Shown here: piece by piece, positions 21,577 through 30,144 of the stretch | Layout: each line of letters begins with the position of its first letter | Position numbering within the stretch: position 1 is the first letter of the stretch | The notes under the pieces: model-generated | Told to the model about the DNA's origin: nothing | Database searches by the model: none | Seen by the model: the letters and a program-made list of their open reading frames with translations, nothing else | Position numbers and translations under genes: made by a program | DNA from: Candidatus Omnitrophota bacterium | Lineage (GTDB): Bacteria; Omnitrophota; Gorgyraeia; JAHJTE01 | Assembly: GCA_018830005.1 (NCBI GenBank) | Contig: JAHJTE010000003.1 | Span: forward strand, 7,674-71,673 | Direction: 5' to 3' | DNA: 64,000 nucleotides

Positions 21577-21596
21577 GATCTAGGCCTTCCTATTTT

Positions 21597-22016
21597 TTAT
21601 TTATTGGGTTCTTTTTTTGCCTTAGCAAAGAAATGCAAAATGGACTTTATAATATGATCAGCTTCATAAAAATCCTTTGACTTATCAAAGAAGGCATTTG
21701 CCTTTAGCCGATATGCTGCATCTCGGTTCTCTTCTGTGCCGTAAGCAGTGATCATAACCACTGGCAGCTCATCATCCATCTCTCTGATACGACGTAAGGT
21801 TTCAACCCCGTCCATCTCCGGCATACTTATATCCAGAAAAACTATGTTTGGTTTTTGCTGCTTGATAATATCAAGCGCGCCCTTGCCGTTAAAAGCTGTA
21901 CGCACCTTATAACCTTGACTCTTAAGCCAAAATTCCATTGTAGCTACAAAATCCTTTTCGTCATCCACAATAAGTATCTCGATATCTTTATTATGGTTTT
22001 CTATTTTCTTCTCCAT
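21597..22016 (-). CDS. single-domain response regulator (CheY-like receiver)
   Basis: ILIVDDE...FLDISMPEMDG...K receiver motifs, 139 aa, no output domain. Confidence 0.85.
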   Translation of the reverse strand: MEKKIENHNKDIEILIVDDEKDFVATMEFWLKSQGYKVRTAFNGKGALDIIKQQKPNIVFLDISMPEMDGVETLRRIREMDDELPVVMITAYGTEENRDAAYRLKANAFFDKSKDFYEADHIIKSILHFFAKAKKEPNK

Positions 22017-22029
22017 TTGACCTCCTTAT

Positions 22030-24357
22030 TTAATCCTTTACCTCTTTTTTCTCTTGAGTAGAAAATTTCTTAGGAAGTGTAAAACTAAAAGTACTCCCCT
22101 TTCCAATCTCGCTTTTAACCCAAATCTTTCCTTTGTGCAGCTCGACAATTTGTTTACAGATATGAAGCCCTAGGCCTGTGCCGCCTACACCGGCAGGAGA
22201 GATCAAGCTCACCTGCTCAAACTTATCAAATATTCGCTGACAATCCTTCTCCTCAATGCCTATACCATTATCAGTGATACCTACTTCAACAGCCTCAAAA
22301 CTGTTGCCTCCTGAGCCTGCTGTGATATTCTTGCAGGAAATTATAATTTTGCCTTTCTCGGCTATAAATTTAAGCGCATTGCCTATCAAATTAGTTAATA
22401 CTTGATTTATCTTGTCTCTATCTGCTTCTACATCAATCTCCTTCCCGCCTAAACTTAGATCAATTCCAATTTGTTTATCCTTAACCCAAGTATCTAGAGA
22501 TTGCATTACCTCTTGTATAAGTGTGATTAAGTTAAAGGTTGCAGGATTAATACTTATCTTGCCAGCTTCTAACTTAGAAAAATCCAATATATCATCAATC
22601 AGGCGAGAAAGTCTTGAAAGATTAGAATTAGCAATATTTAAAAACTTGTTTTGATCTTCATTTATATCTCCGCAAGCCTTAGAAATCAGAAGCGAAAGAG
22701 ATTTTTTTGTGGCGATTATCGGGGTACGCAATTCATGGCTAACATGTGCAACAAAATCTGACTTCATCTTATCCACTTGCTTTTGACGCGTTATATCACT
22801 AAGCATCATAACCATACCTACGGTATTGCCATTTTCATTCTCTACAACCGCGGTGCTGGCACGCAGAATGCGTTTGGTTTGTTCATCATTACTGCTAAGC
22901 TCAATCTCTTTGCTAACCGCTTCTGCCTCATCAGCCAAATTACCTTTAGCCAATGCAACCAACTGATGGCTGCCTAATCCTTCCTGAAGAAATTTACCTA
23001 TCTTTTCCTTCTTATCTATACCTAATAATTGCTCGGCAGCAGGGTTTATCATCATAACCTTACCTTGTTTATCTACAACAATCATGCCATCAGCAAGATT
23101 TCGTATTACTGTATCAACACGCTCTTTTTCGCCGGCAAGGCGCTTATTTTTTCTTTTCAAATCTTGTGTTGCTTTAGCAATCTCATCGAGCAAAGTCTTG
23201 TCAAAAAGCTTGGCCTTATTTTTGAGTTCTTCATATTCTCTCTTTGCTATGCTAATCTTCTTTCTAGATTCTATTGCATCTTCTAATCTTGCCAGGAGTA
23301 CATCAGAATCTGCTTCCTTTGCGCCCTTTTCTATCAATGCCGCCTTTAGATCTGGAGAAACTCTATTTAATTCTTTACTATCAATTATCAATCTCTTGCT
23401 GCGCTGCAGGAATTTGTTAAGATTAGGTTTTGTTACTTCATAAATCTTAGCTAACATATGAATTTTTAAATTATCATCAAATCCAGATATGATCTCATGC
23501 AGATTATCGATTTCCTTCTTGATCTGGCTGGCACTACTATCTGTATCGATAGACTTTACAATAGCGCGTTCTAGACTAGCAAGTATCCTATCTGGCTTGC
23601 GTTTCTTTTTTATAAGTTCATCACTAAACTCATCGATAATACATTCCCGCAGTTTAGCCAAGACCTTTGCTAGGCTGCCACAGGCAACAGCTGCCTGAAC
23701 AACGATATTGGCAAGCTGGCTAGGTTCAGATAATAGTTTTGAAATAACATCTTCTTTGTGTCTTTCTAAAATTTCTCCTGTTACTTGGCCTTGTAGATAT
23801 TGTTCAAGAATAGCCAGTTCACCTTCATGAGGAACATCCTTTTTGATCTTTTCTTTCTTCTCTAGGAATGCCTCTGCATCTTTCGTCACAGATGAAGTAA
23901 CCTTTTGGCCTTCTTCAACTTTTTCATAATGAACAACATTGGCCTTGATATGACTAAAACCATTGCTTAGAAAGGTTGTTTTAAGCTTCTCTTCATTTTT
24001 ATCCAATTTCTTGCCAATGCTTAGCAGGCTTAATAAATCAGCTAATTCTGATAATTCCATACCTTGCTTAAAAGATATGCTATCTATCTCCAATTCCCTC
24101 ATTTTATCAACCAATTCCTTAGATCCCGCCAATGTAGAAGACAGAGAGATGTCGTTTAAAATAAGTTCTTCTCCTCCAACAAAAATAGTCACCTGGGAAT
24201 TCTCTTTGAGTAGTATAGTAAGATGCTGGTAAAGCTGATTTAGCGACTCTTTAACGATAGGATGTTTTTTGGAATAAAGTGCGATTTTTTTGCTAGTTAT
24301 AAGAATTAACTTGGCAACTTCTAAGTAGACTTTATCTTTTTTGTCTTTATTCGGCAT
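22030..24357 (-). CDS. cytoplasmic PAS-domain sensor histidine kinase
   Basis: 775 aa, no N-terminal TM, PAS-like segment, H-box SHELRTP, G-boxes GGTGLGL in HATPase_c. Confidence 0.85.
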   Translation of the reverse strand: MPNKDKKDKVYLEVAKLILITSKKIALYSKKHPIVKESLNQLYQHLTILLKENSQVTIFVGGEELILNDISLSSTLAGSKELVDKMRELEIDSISFKQGMELSELADLLSLLSIGKKLDKNEEKLKTTFLSNGFSHIKANVVHYEKVEEGQKVTSSVTKDAEAFLEKKEKIKKDVPHEGELAILEQYLQGQVTGEILERHKEDVISKLLSEPSQLANIVVQAAVACGSLAKVLAKLRECIIDEFSDELIKKKRKPDRILASLERAIVKSIDTDSSASQIKKEIDNLHEIISGFDDNLKIHMLAKIYEVTKPNLNKFLQRSKRLIIDSKELNRVSPDLKAALIEKGAKEADSDVLLARLEDAIESRKKISIAKREYEELKNKAKLFDKTLLDEIAKATQDLKRKNKRLAGEKERVDTVIRNLADGMIVVDKQGKVMMINPAAEQLLGIDKKEKIGKFLQEGLGSHQLVALAKGNLADEAEAVSKEIELSSNDEQTKRILRASTAVVENENGNTVGMVMMLSDITRQKQVDKMKSDFVAHVSHELRTPIIATKKSLSLLISKACGDINEDQNKFLNIANSNLSRLSRLIDDILDFSKLEAGKISINPATFNLITLIQEVMQSLDTWVKDKQIGIDLSLGGKEIDVEADRDKINQVLTNLIGNALKFIAEKGKIIISCKNITAGSGGNSFEAVEVGITDNGIGIEEKDCQRIFDKFEQVSLISPAGVGGTGLGLHICKQIVELHKGKIWVKSEIGKGSTFSFTLPKKFSTQEKKEVKD

Positions 24358-24463
24358 TTATTGATTGACTTTATTGAAGACCCCTGTGACCCTAAAGAGG
24401 AGTCGCTTAAGGTGTTTACGCTAGGTAGGCGTCTTAAGACATATGCGAAGGCGGAATTATAAT

Positions 24464-25198
24464 CTACCTCTTAAGCTGACTGGTCAAAACAATCGCATCT
24501 GCTATTTCGCGCATTGATCTGCGTGTATCCATGCTTGTTTTCTGAATCTTACGGAATGCATCCTCTTCGCTTAACCCTTCCTGGCGCATTAATATGCCCT
24601 TAGCACGCTCTACAACCTTTCTCGTAGCCAGCTCTTCTTTGATGATGCTAGACTCTACTATGACCCTGGCATGTTCAATGGCAACAGCTGCCTGATTAGC
24701 CACAGTAGTCAGGACCTTTACTTCAGCATCACTAAACTTGCGGGGCTTTGACGTGTATAAATTAATTACTCCGATGGCCTTATCTTTAATGCTTAATGGC
24801 ACACTTAAAAGAGAGCATAGATTTTCAGTCTTAGCAATATCACGATTGAGATAACGCTGATCTTTCTTAACGTTATGTGCTATTATCGGTCTGTTTTCCT
24901 TCGCCACCAGACCAGCTATGCCTTCACCAAGTTTTATATTCGGCTTCTTGTTATATAAAGGGCTGATTGATTGTGTGGCGCGCACTACCAATTCGCTCCT
25001 AGATTCGTCTAAAAGCATCAAAGAACAAATCTTCGAATTCATAATCTCCGCCGTTACCGTTACAATCAATCGTAAGATATCTGTCAGATAGAGATGTGAG
25101 GTAATAGCCTGGCTTATTTCAGATATTGCCTTTAAGGCTTGAGGGCTTACTGCGGAACTCCTTGTAGATTTTCTTTCTTTTCGGATTCTTCTTCCCAT
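24464..25198 (-). CDS. GAF-ANTAR RNA-binding antitermination-type regulator
   Basis: N-terminal GAF domain, C-terminal ANTAR helix motif (RAKGILMRQEGLSEEDAF...IADAI); overlaps upstream PilP-like gene by about 50 bp. Confidence 0.75.
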   Translation of the reverse strand: MGRRIRKERKSTRSSAVSPQALKAISEISQAITSHLYLTDILRLIVTVTAEIMNSKICSLMLLDESRSELVVRATQSISPLYNKKPNIKLGEGIAGLVAKENRPIIAHNVKKDQRYLNRDIAKTENLCSLLSVPLSIKDKAIGVINLYTSKPRKFSDAEVKVLTTVANQAAVAIEHARVIVESSIIKEELATRKVVERAKGILMRQEGLSEEDAFRKIQKTSMDTRRSMREIADAIVLTSQLKR

Positions 25199-25689
25199 AG
25201 TCTCAGCATAAATTTCTCGCCACCACTTTCAAGCACAACAAAATTAGCTCTAATATCTTTAATGGTAAATCCGGAAATCTTATCACCCGCTTTTAAATTT
25301 TCTTCGTTAATTACAGCTATTGAATCTTTAGGATTATCTTCAGAAATAATCATACCCGAAAGTTCCAATTTTGAAATTTGTTCCATTTTTGCTACCCAAT
25401 TCTGATCTGAAGAACCGCCGAGACTCCTTTTATCCAAAACAAAAGGGTCTCTACCCCAGTCTAAATCTTTGACATCATAGACGTCTTCCTTTTTTGCTGT
25501 ATCTTTAACAGACGTCTTAAAATAAACTAATTCTTTGCTTGACTCATCTTTATCTATGACTTGCGCTGGCGCCGATTTGGGACGCTGCGGCCGGCTGCGA
25601 GTAAACTTTTTTATAGTAGCAAAAACAGCAATTATCGCTATTGTAACAACTATCACTGCAATAATAAGTTCTTTTTGTTGTTTATCCAT
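25147..25689 (-). CDS. PilP/GspC-like protein (paralog 1)
   Basis: N-terminal TM anchor, conserved DWGRDPFVL motif shared with the 39780-40202 paralog, C-terminal beta-rich domain; follows PilO-like gene. Confidence 0.45.
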   Translation of the reverse strand: MDKQQKELIIAVIVVTIAIIAVFATIKKFTRSRPQRPKSAPAQVIDKDESSKELVYFKTSVKDTAKKEDVYDVKDLDWGRDPFVLDKRSLGGSSDQNWVAKMEQISKLELSGMIISEDNPKDSIAVINEENLKAGDKISGFTIKDIRANFVVLESGGEKFMLRLWEEESEKKENLQGVPQ

Positions 25690-26342
25690 TATTTTCTTTT
25701 TTTTCTTTTTAAATGCAGATCGACTCCTTTTTCTACATCTGCTTCTAAATTGAGGGCGCCTCCATGCGAAAGGACAAAGGCCCCAAGTAACAACTCAATT
25801 TCTAATTCTGAAGCCGAACCTTTTAGCTTGCTTATCTTTAACTCATCAAAACTAAAGGCATATTGTGTGTTCTCAAACATAACCTTTAAGAACTCTGTCA
25901 AAGGACGATATCCTGCATTCAATTTTAATTTGATAGGCACTTTATTGAAGATAAGGTCGCTTTTGGTATCTGTTTGTGATTCATATCTCATCGCCTTATC
26001 CGGTTCGATAGAGATAATTTCTATATTAAATTTATCTGCCTGATTAAATAGTTCCTGAAACATACCAGGAAGTTCATTCTGAGAAGGGAATTTATCTTGA
26101 AGTTTCGTAACCTCGGCTTGCATTTTGGCGATTTCTTTCTCATAGCCTTCTGCCTTTACCCTGACCTCCTCTTCCTTAATGTTGATATCAAAATCCTTAA
26201 CCTTTTGCAAAATGCTGGTAATATCGCGTCTTTTTGGCAAATATAAGAATTGCCAGAATATAAAAACAACTATAAACATTATTCCGGCAGAAATCAAAAT
26301 TATGACCTGACGTTTATCAATATTAAATTTTGTGGTGTTCAT
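25689..26342 (-). CDS. PilO/GspM-like bitopic protein (paralog 1)
   Basis: Short cytoplasmic N-terminus, single TM, coiled coil then periplasmic domain; 217 aa; translationally coupled to PilMN and PilP-like genes. Confidence 0.55.
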   Translation of the reverse strand: MNTTKFNIDKRQVIILISAGIMFIVVFIFWQFLYLPKRRDITSILQKVKDFDINIKEEEVRVKAEGYEKEIAKMQAEVTKLQDKFPSQNELPGMFQELFNQADKFNIEIISIEPDKAMRYESQTDTKSDLIFNKVPIKLKLNAGYRPLTEFLKVMFENTQYAFSFDELKISKLKGSASELEIELLLGAFVLSHGGALNLEADVEKGVDLHLKRKKRK

Positions 26343-27946
26343 TCTATTTTTGATAGTTCAACCGTTAACTTAAAATCAATGGCTTCTAGTTGGTCTATCT
26401 CTTCTTTTATGGTCAAGAGGAGATTTACATTATTAAAATAAGGCGAATTCTCTAATTTGAGTAAGAAATCAGCGAGGTAATTTTCAGCTGAGTCTCCAGA
26501 GGCAAAACTCAAACCTCTGATAAAAAATACCGCCTCCTTTTTAAAGAATTCCATATCTAAGAATTCAATGGATCTGGGTATGATTCGACTCAATTCTTTG
26601 AGATAAACGAAAAGTTCTAACTCTGTTCCGATGATCTCCTTAAAGAATCTCTGTCTCTCTATAATATTATCCCTTAATGTCCTCAGTTTTACAAGATTAC
26701 TGTAATAATCATTGTAGGAAGTAAGTATCTTCTGGTAGCGCTTTAATTGTACTGTCATTGAAAGAAAACTAAATATCATCAACACCAACAGGACAGGAGC
26801 GATAATCCGTAATATCTTCTGTTGTATGCCAATTGTCTTTTGAATCTTTACTGATTTAGGCAAGAGATCTACTGTGTCACCTTTTCCTAAACATACACCA
26901 ATACTAGCAGCAAGTGTTGGTAGGATATTCGATAAATCTTTACCCTTAGGAATCTTAGAGGTAATATTGCTGGGCAGGGTTATAAGCTTAGTAGGAATGC
27001 CACCTAAGCCATCACTTACAAAATCAGTCAGATTTTTCAAGTTCGCCCCACCGCCGGCTAGAAAAACCTGATCAATTGCATCAACTTGGAATTCCTCACG
27101 GAAATATCTAAAAGAGCTGCGTATGTCAGTTAAGAGTCTTTCTAAAATCGGCCGCATCAAGACTGAAATCTGCGATAAGGGTATATCCTGAAAACTCGAG
27201 TTGACTTGTGATTTTGCTGGAATGCCGCATTCTCTTTTTATTTCCTCTGCCTTCTTTGCATCCAGCTCTATTTTTTTAGGAAAGGTAACCACAACACCAC
27301 TTAAGGCGCGAGTAAAGCTATCCGAGGCTGTGGTAATCTTTCGAATAAATTGCAGTGTCGCCCCTTTAAAAATTAAAATATTTGTCTTATTTAGACCGAT
27401 GTCAATAACTGCACTTACCTTCTGCACCATTTCCTGCTCTTTCTGCGCAATAAGGTTTGCCAAAGCGAAATGACTTATCGTAATAAATGCTGGCTCAACA
27501 CCTGCTGCTTGCAGCGATTTTACGTGCCTGTCAATTAACGTATTATGAACCGCTACCGCTAATATCTCATTGCGTTTTATTCCATCGCTGCCAGTAATAG
27601 TGTTTAATATTTTTAAGTCAATTTTGCTCTCATCTAAGTTAAAATTTGTCACTTCCTTTAATGACCAGCGCACTGCATCGCGTAAATCTTCCTTGGGCAT
27701 AAAAGGAACAATGGAACGCTTTAAAACTATGTCCTGGCCAGAGACTAAGGAATAAACTTGCGATTCTGCAGTTCCTAATTCTTCTAATACTTCCTTCAAT
27801 AGCGATTGCTTAACTTCGTCGCTAGATTCAGAACCAAACTCTTTAATCACAAAATCCAAGATATCGATTCGGCCATCGCTTCTTTCAATCTTTACGGCCT
27901 TAATTGAATATTGACCTATATCTATACCGATTAAGTATTTTTCCAT
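26339..27946 (-). CDS. PilM-PilN fusion (GspL-like architecture), paralog 1
   Basis: N-terminal actin-like PilM domain (IGIDIGQYSIKAV...), TM helix at about residue 380, then PilN-like periplasmic tail; 535 aa. Confidence 0.7.
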   Translation of the reverse strand: MEKYLIGIDIGQYSIKAVKIERSDGRIDILDFVIKEFGSESSDEVKQSLLKEVLEELGTAESQVYSLVSGQDIVLKRSIVPFMPKEDLRDAVRWSLKEVTNFNLDESKIDLKILNTITGSDGIKRNEILAVAVHNTLIDRHVKSLQAAGVEPAFITISHFALANLIAQKEQEMVQKVSAVIDIGLNKTNILIFKGATLQFIRKITTASDSFTRALSGVVVTFPKKIELDAKKAEEIKRECGIPAKSQVNSSFQDIPLSQISVLMRPILERLLTDIRSSFRYFREEFQVDAIDQVFLAGGGANLKNLTDFVSDGLGGIPTKLITLPSNITSKIPKGKDLSNILPTLAASIGVCLGKGDTVDLLPKSVKIQKTIGIQQKILRIIAPVLLVLMIFSFLSMTVQLKRYQKILTSYNDYYSNLVKLRTLRDNIIERQRFFKEIIGTELELFVYLKELSRIIPRSIEFLDMEFFKKEAVFFIRGLSFASGDSAENYLADFLLKLENSPYFNNVNLLLTIKEEIDQLEAIDFKLTVELSKIE

Positions 27947-27953
27947 ACTAGCC

Positions 27954-28343
27954 CTATTTCAATAACTCGTTTATTTTCTCTAACAAAGTTTCTGGTCTTT
28001 CTGATTTTACTATATAACAATCTGCACCCATATCTTTACCCAGTTGTCTATCCTCATTCTGGCCCCTGGCAGTAAGCATAATAATCGGGATCATACGATA
28101 TTTCTCATCAAATTTTAGAAATCTGCACACCTTATAACCATCCATCTTAGGAAGCATTAAATCCAGAACAATCAAATCAGGTTTTTCGCTCCTTGCCACA
28201 TTTAAACCTTCTTGTCCGTCAATAGCAACTAAGACAGTAAAATTATTTGCCTCAAGCATTGCCTTAATTGCCATTAAAAAATCAGGCTCATCATCAACAA
28301 CAAGAATTCTTTTTTTGGTATTTCCTTTATCTTCTGTCATCAC
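27954..28343 (-). CDS. single-domain response regulator (CheY-like receiver)
   Basis: ILVVDDEPDF...LDLMLPKMDG receiver motifs, 129 aa, 4-bp overlap with upstream histidine kinase. Confidence 0.85.
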   Translation of the reverse strand: MMTEDKGNTKKRILVVDDEPDFLMAIKAMLEANNFTVLVAIDGQEGLNVARSEKPDLIVLDLMLPKMDGYKVCRFLKFDEKYRMIPIIMLTARGQNEDRQLGKDMGADCYIVKSERPETLLEKINELLK

Positions 28344-30049
28344 TTGCCCTCTTTCTTCGTTAATACCTTATTCGCCTCGTTCACTAGCTCGGTCTCGTTA
28401 AGCGCATCATCAGGATAAGTTACAACACCAATCTCAAAATTTAATTTTATTCTACCGCTGGAGGTATTAAACTCAGGCTTTTCCAAAGACTCTCTTACGC
28501 GACCCGCTAAGGCATATGCACCTTCCTTATTGGTATCGGCTAAGATTGCTAGAATTTCTCCTTTTTTGAATCTTATCACAACATCATTAGGCCTGCGCAC
28601 TGTTTTCTTGACAATTGCCTCTAATTCAAACATAAGCCCTAAAATTTCGTCACGTGATAATCGTGTCTTAACTTTAGAGAAATTCTCTACAGCTAATACT
28701 ACCAATGATAAAGAATTATGTTCAGAGCGTGCGCGATTAATCTCATCAGAAACACGTTCAAAGAAATGCTCCTCTTCGTTGAAAATCGGCAGCGTAAAGA
28801 AAAAACTACTTCCCTTATTTAGTTCAGACTCGGCCCAGATCTCACCCTTATGAAGCTTAAGGATCTCCCGGGAGATTGCCAGCCCTAATCCTGTGCCTTT
28901 CTCTCTCTGAGGCAGGTCCCTGTCTAGCTGCTCGAATTTACTAAAAATCTTTTCAATGCTATCAGGCTCAATACCTTTACCAGTATCAGTAACTTCTACC
29001 CGCAAGTATTTTCTCTCTTGGCCCTTTGCTATGGATTTGCTAATAGTCTTTGCGTCTAACAAGACCTTACTGTTCTTTGGGCTGAATTTTATTGCATTAC
29101 CTATTAGATTAGTAAAAACCTCTATAATCCTTTCCCTATCCGCATATATATCGGGTGTTTCTTTAGGAATCCTATTTTCAACATCTATTTGCTTCTCTAG
29201 TAATAATCCCTCGAATGTACGCAAGACCTCAGTTGAGAGATCTGCCATCTTAATCTTTAACCTTTTTAAATCAAATCTACCAGCTTCGATACGAGAGAGT
29301 GAAAGTAAGTTATTAATTAAGCGCGTAAGTCTTTCAATATTAGAATCCATCAACTGCAGGTAGTCTCTCTGCTGTTTATTTATTGCTCCTGCTGCCTCTT
29401 TCAACATTAAAGAAGTAAAGTATCTGCAAGTAGCTAAAGGCGTTCCTAATTCGTGAGAGACATTAGCAACAAAATCAGATTTTAGGAGGTCCAGTTCTTT
29501 CAGCCGCTCATTTGCGCTTAACAATTCCTGGTAAAGACGTGCATTAGAAACAGCTATCGAGGCCTCATTTGCTAAAGCACTTAAAAGCTCTAAATCATCC
29601 TTAGTAAAAATCCTCTTGCCGCGCTTGTTATTGACATTAAGAACGCCGATTACCTGGTCTCTCGCCTTCAAGGGGACACTTAATAGCGACTGGTTATAAT
29701 ATTTACCCTTTTCGCGCGGCCGAAAGCGTCGATCTTTTGATATATCATTGATAAGTAAAGGTTTACCTGTTTTTGCCACCCAACCAGAAACGCCCACACC
29801 TATTTTAACTATCGCCTTTTTTATAACCTCTCTGCTTATACCCTTGGCATACTCTATCCTCAATTCTTTCTTTTGCTTATCCAGAAGCATTAAAGATGAA
29901 CGCTCCACATTTAAGACTTCGACGGTATTGTCAATGATCGATTTAAGGCAACGCTTTAATCCTAGATTAGAGTTTACCTCCTTGGCAATCTTAAAAAGGA
30001 TTTCCAGCCACTGAACCTTATTCTTGAGGTTTCCTTTACTCTTTGGCAT
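28340..30049 (-). CDS. cytoplasmic GAF sensor histidine kinase with C-terminal degenerate GGDEF-like domain
   Basis: GAF domain, H-box SHELGTP, HATPase_c G-boxes (GTGLGLAI), C-terminal about 150 aa with GGDEF-fold spacing but KKGEIL in place of GGDEF. Confidence 0.75.
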   Translation of the reverse strand: MPKSKGNLKNKVQWLEILFKIAKEVNSNLGLKRCLKSIIDNTVEVLNVERSSLMLLDKQKKELRIEYAKGISREVIKKAIVKIGVGVSGWVAKTGKPLLINDISKDRRFRPREKGKYYNQSLLSVPLKARDQVIGVLNVNNKRGKRIFTKDDLELLSALANEASIAVSNARLYQELLSANERLKELDLLKSDFVANVSHELGTPLATCRYFTSLMLKEAAGAINKQQRDYLQLMDSNIERLTRLINNLLSLSRIEAGRFDLKRLKIKMADLSTEVLRTFEGLLLEKQIDVENRIPKETPDIYADRERIIEVFTNLIGNAIKFSPKNSKVLLDAKTISKSIAKGQERKYLRVEVTDTGKGIEPDSIEKIFSKFEQLDRDLPQREKGTGLGLAISREILKLHKGEIWAESELNKGSSFFFTLPIFNEEEHFFERVSDEINRARSEHNSLSLVVLAVENFSKVKTRLSRDEILGLMFELEAIVKKTVRRPNDVVIRFKKGEILAILADTNKEGAYALAGRVRESLEKPEFNTSSGRIKLNFEIGVVTYPDDALNETELVNEANKVLTKKEGK

Positions 30050-30144
30050 TAAAGGAGTTAAATCAAAGATTCAAAAAATACAATACTAAAACTACCTATA
30101 GACTATGTTTTGAATTTATCACAGGCAGAGGCAAAAGTCAAGAT

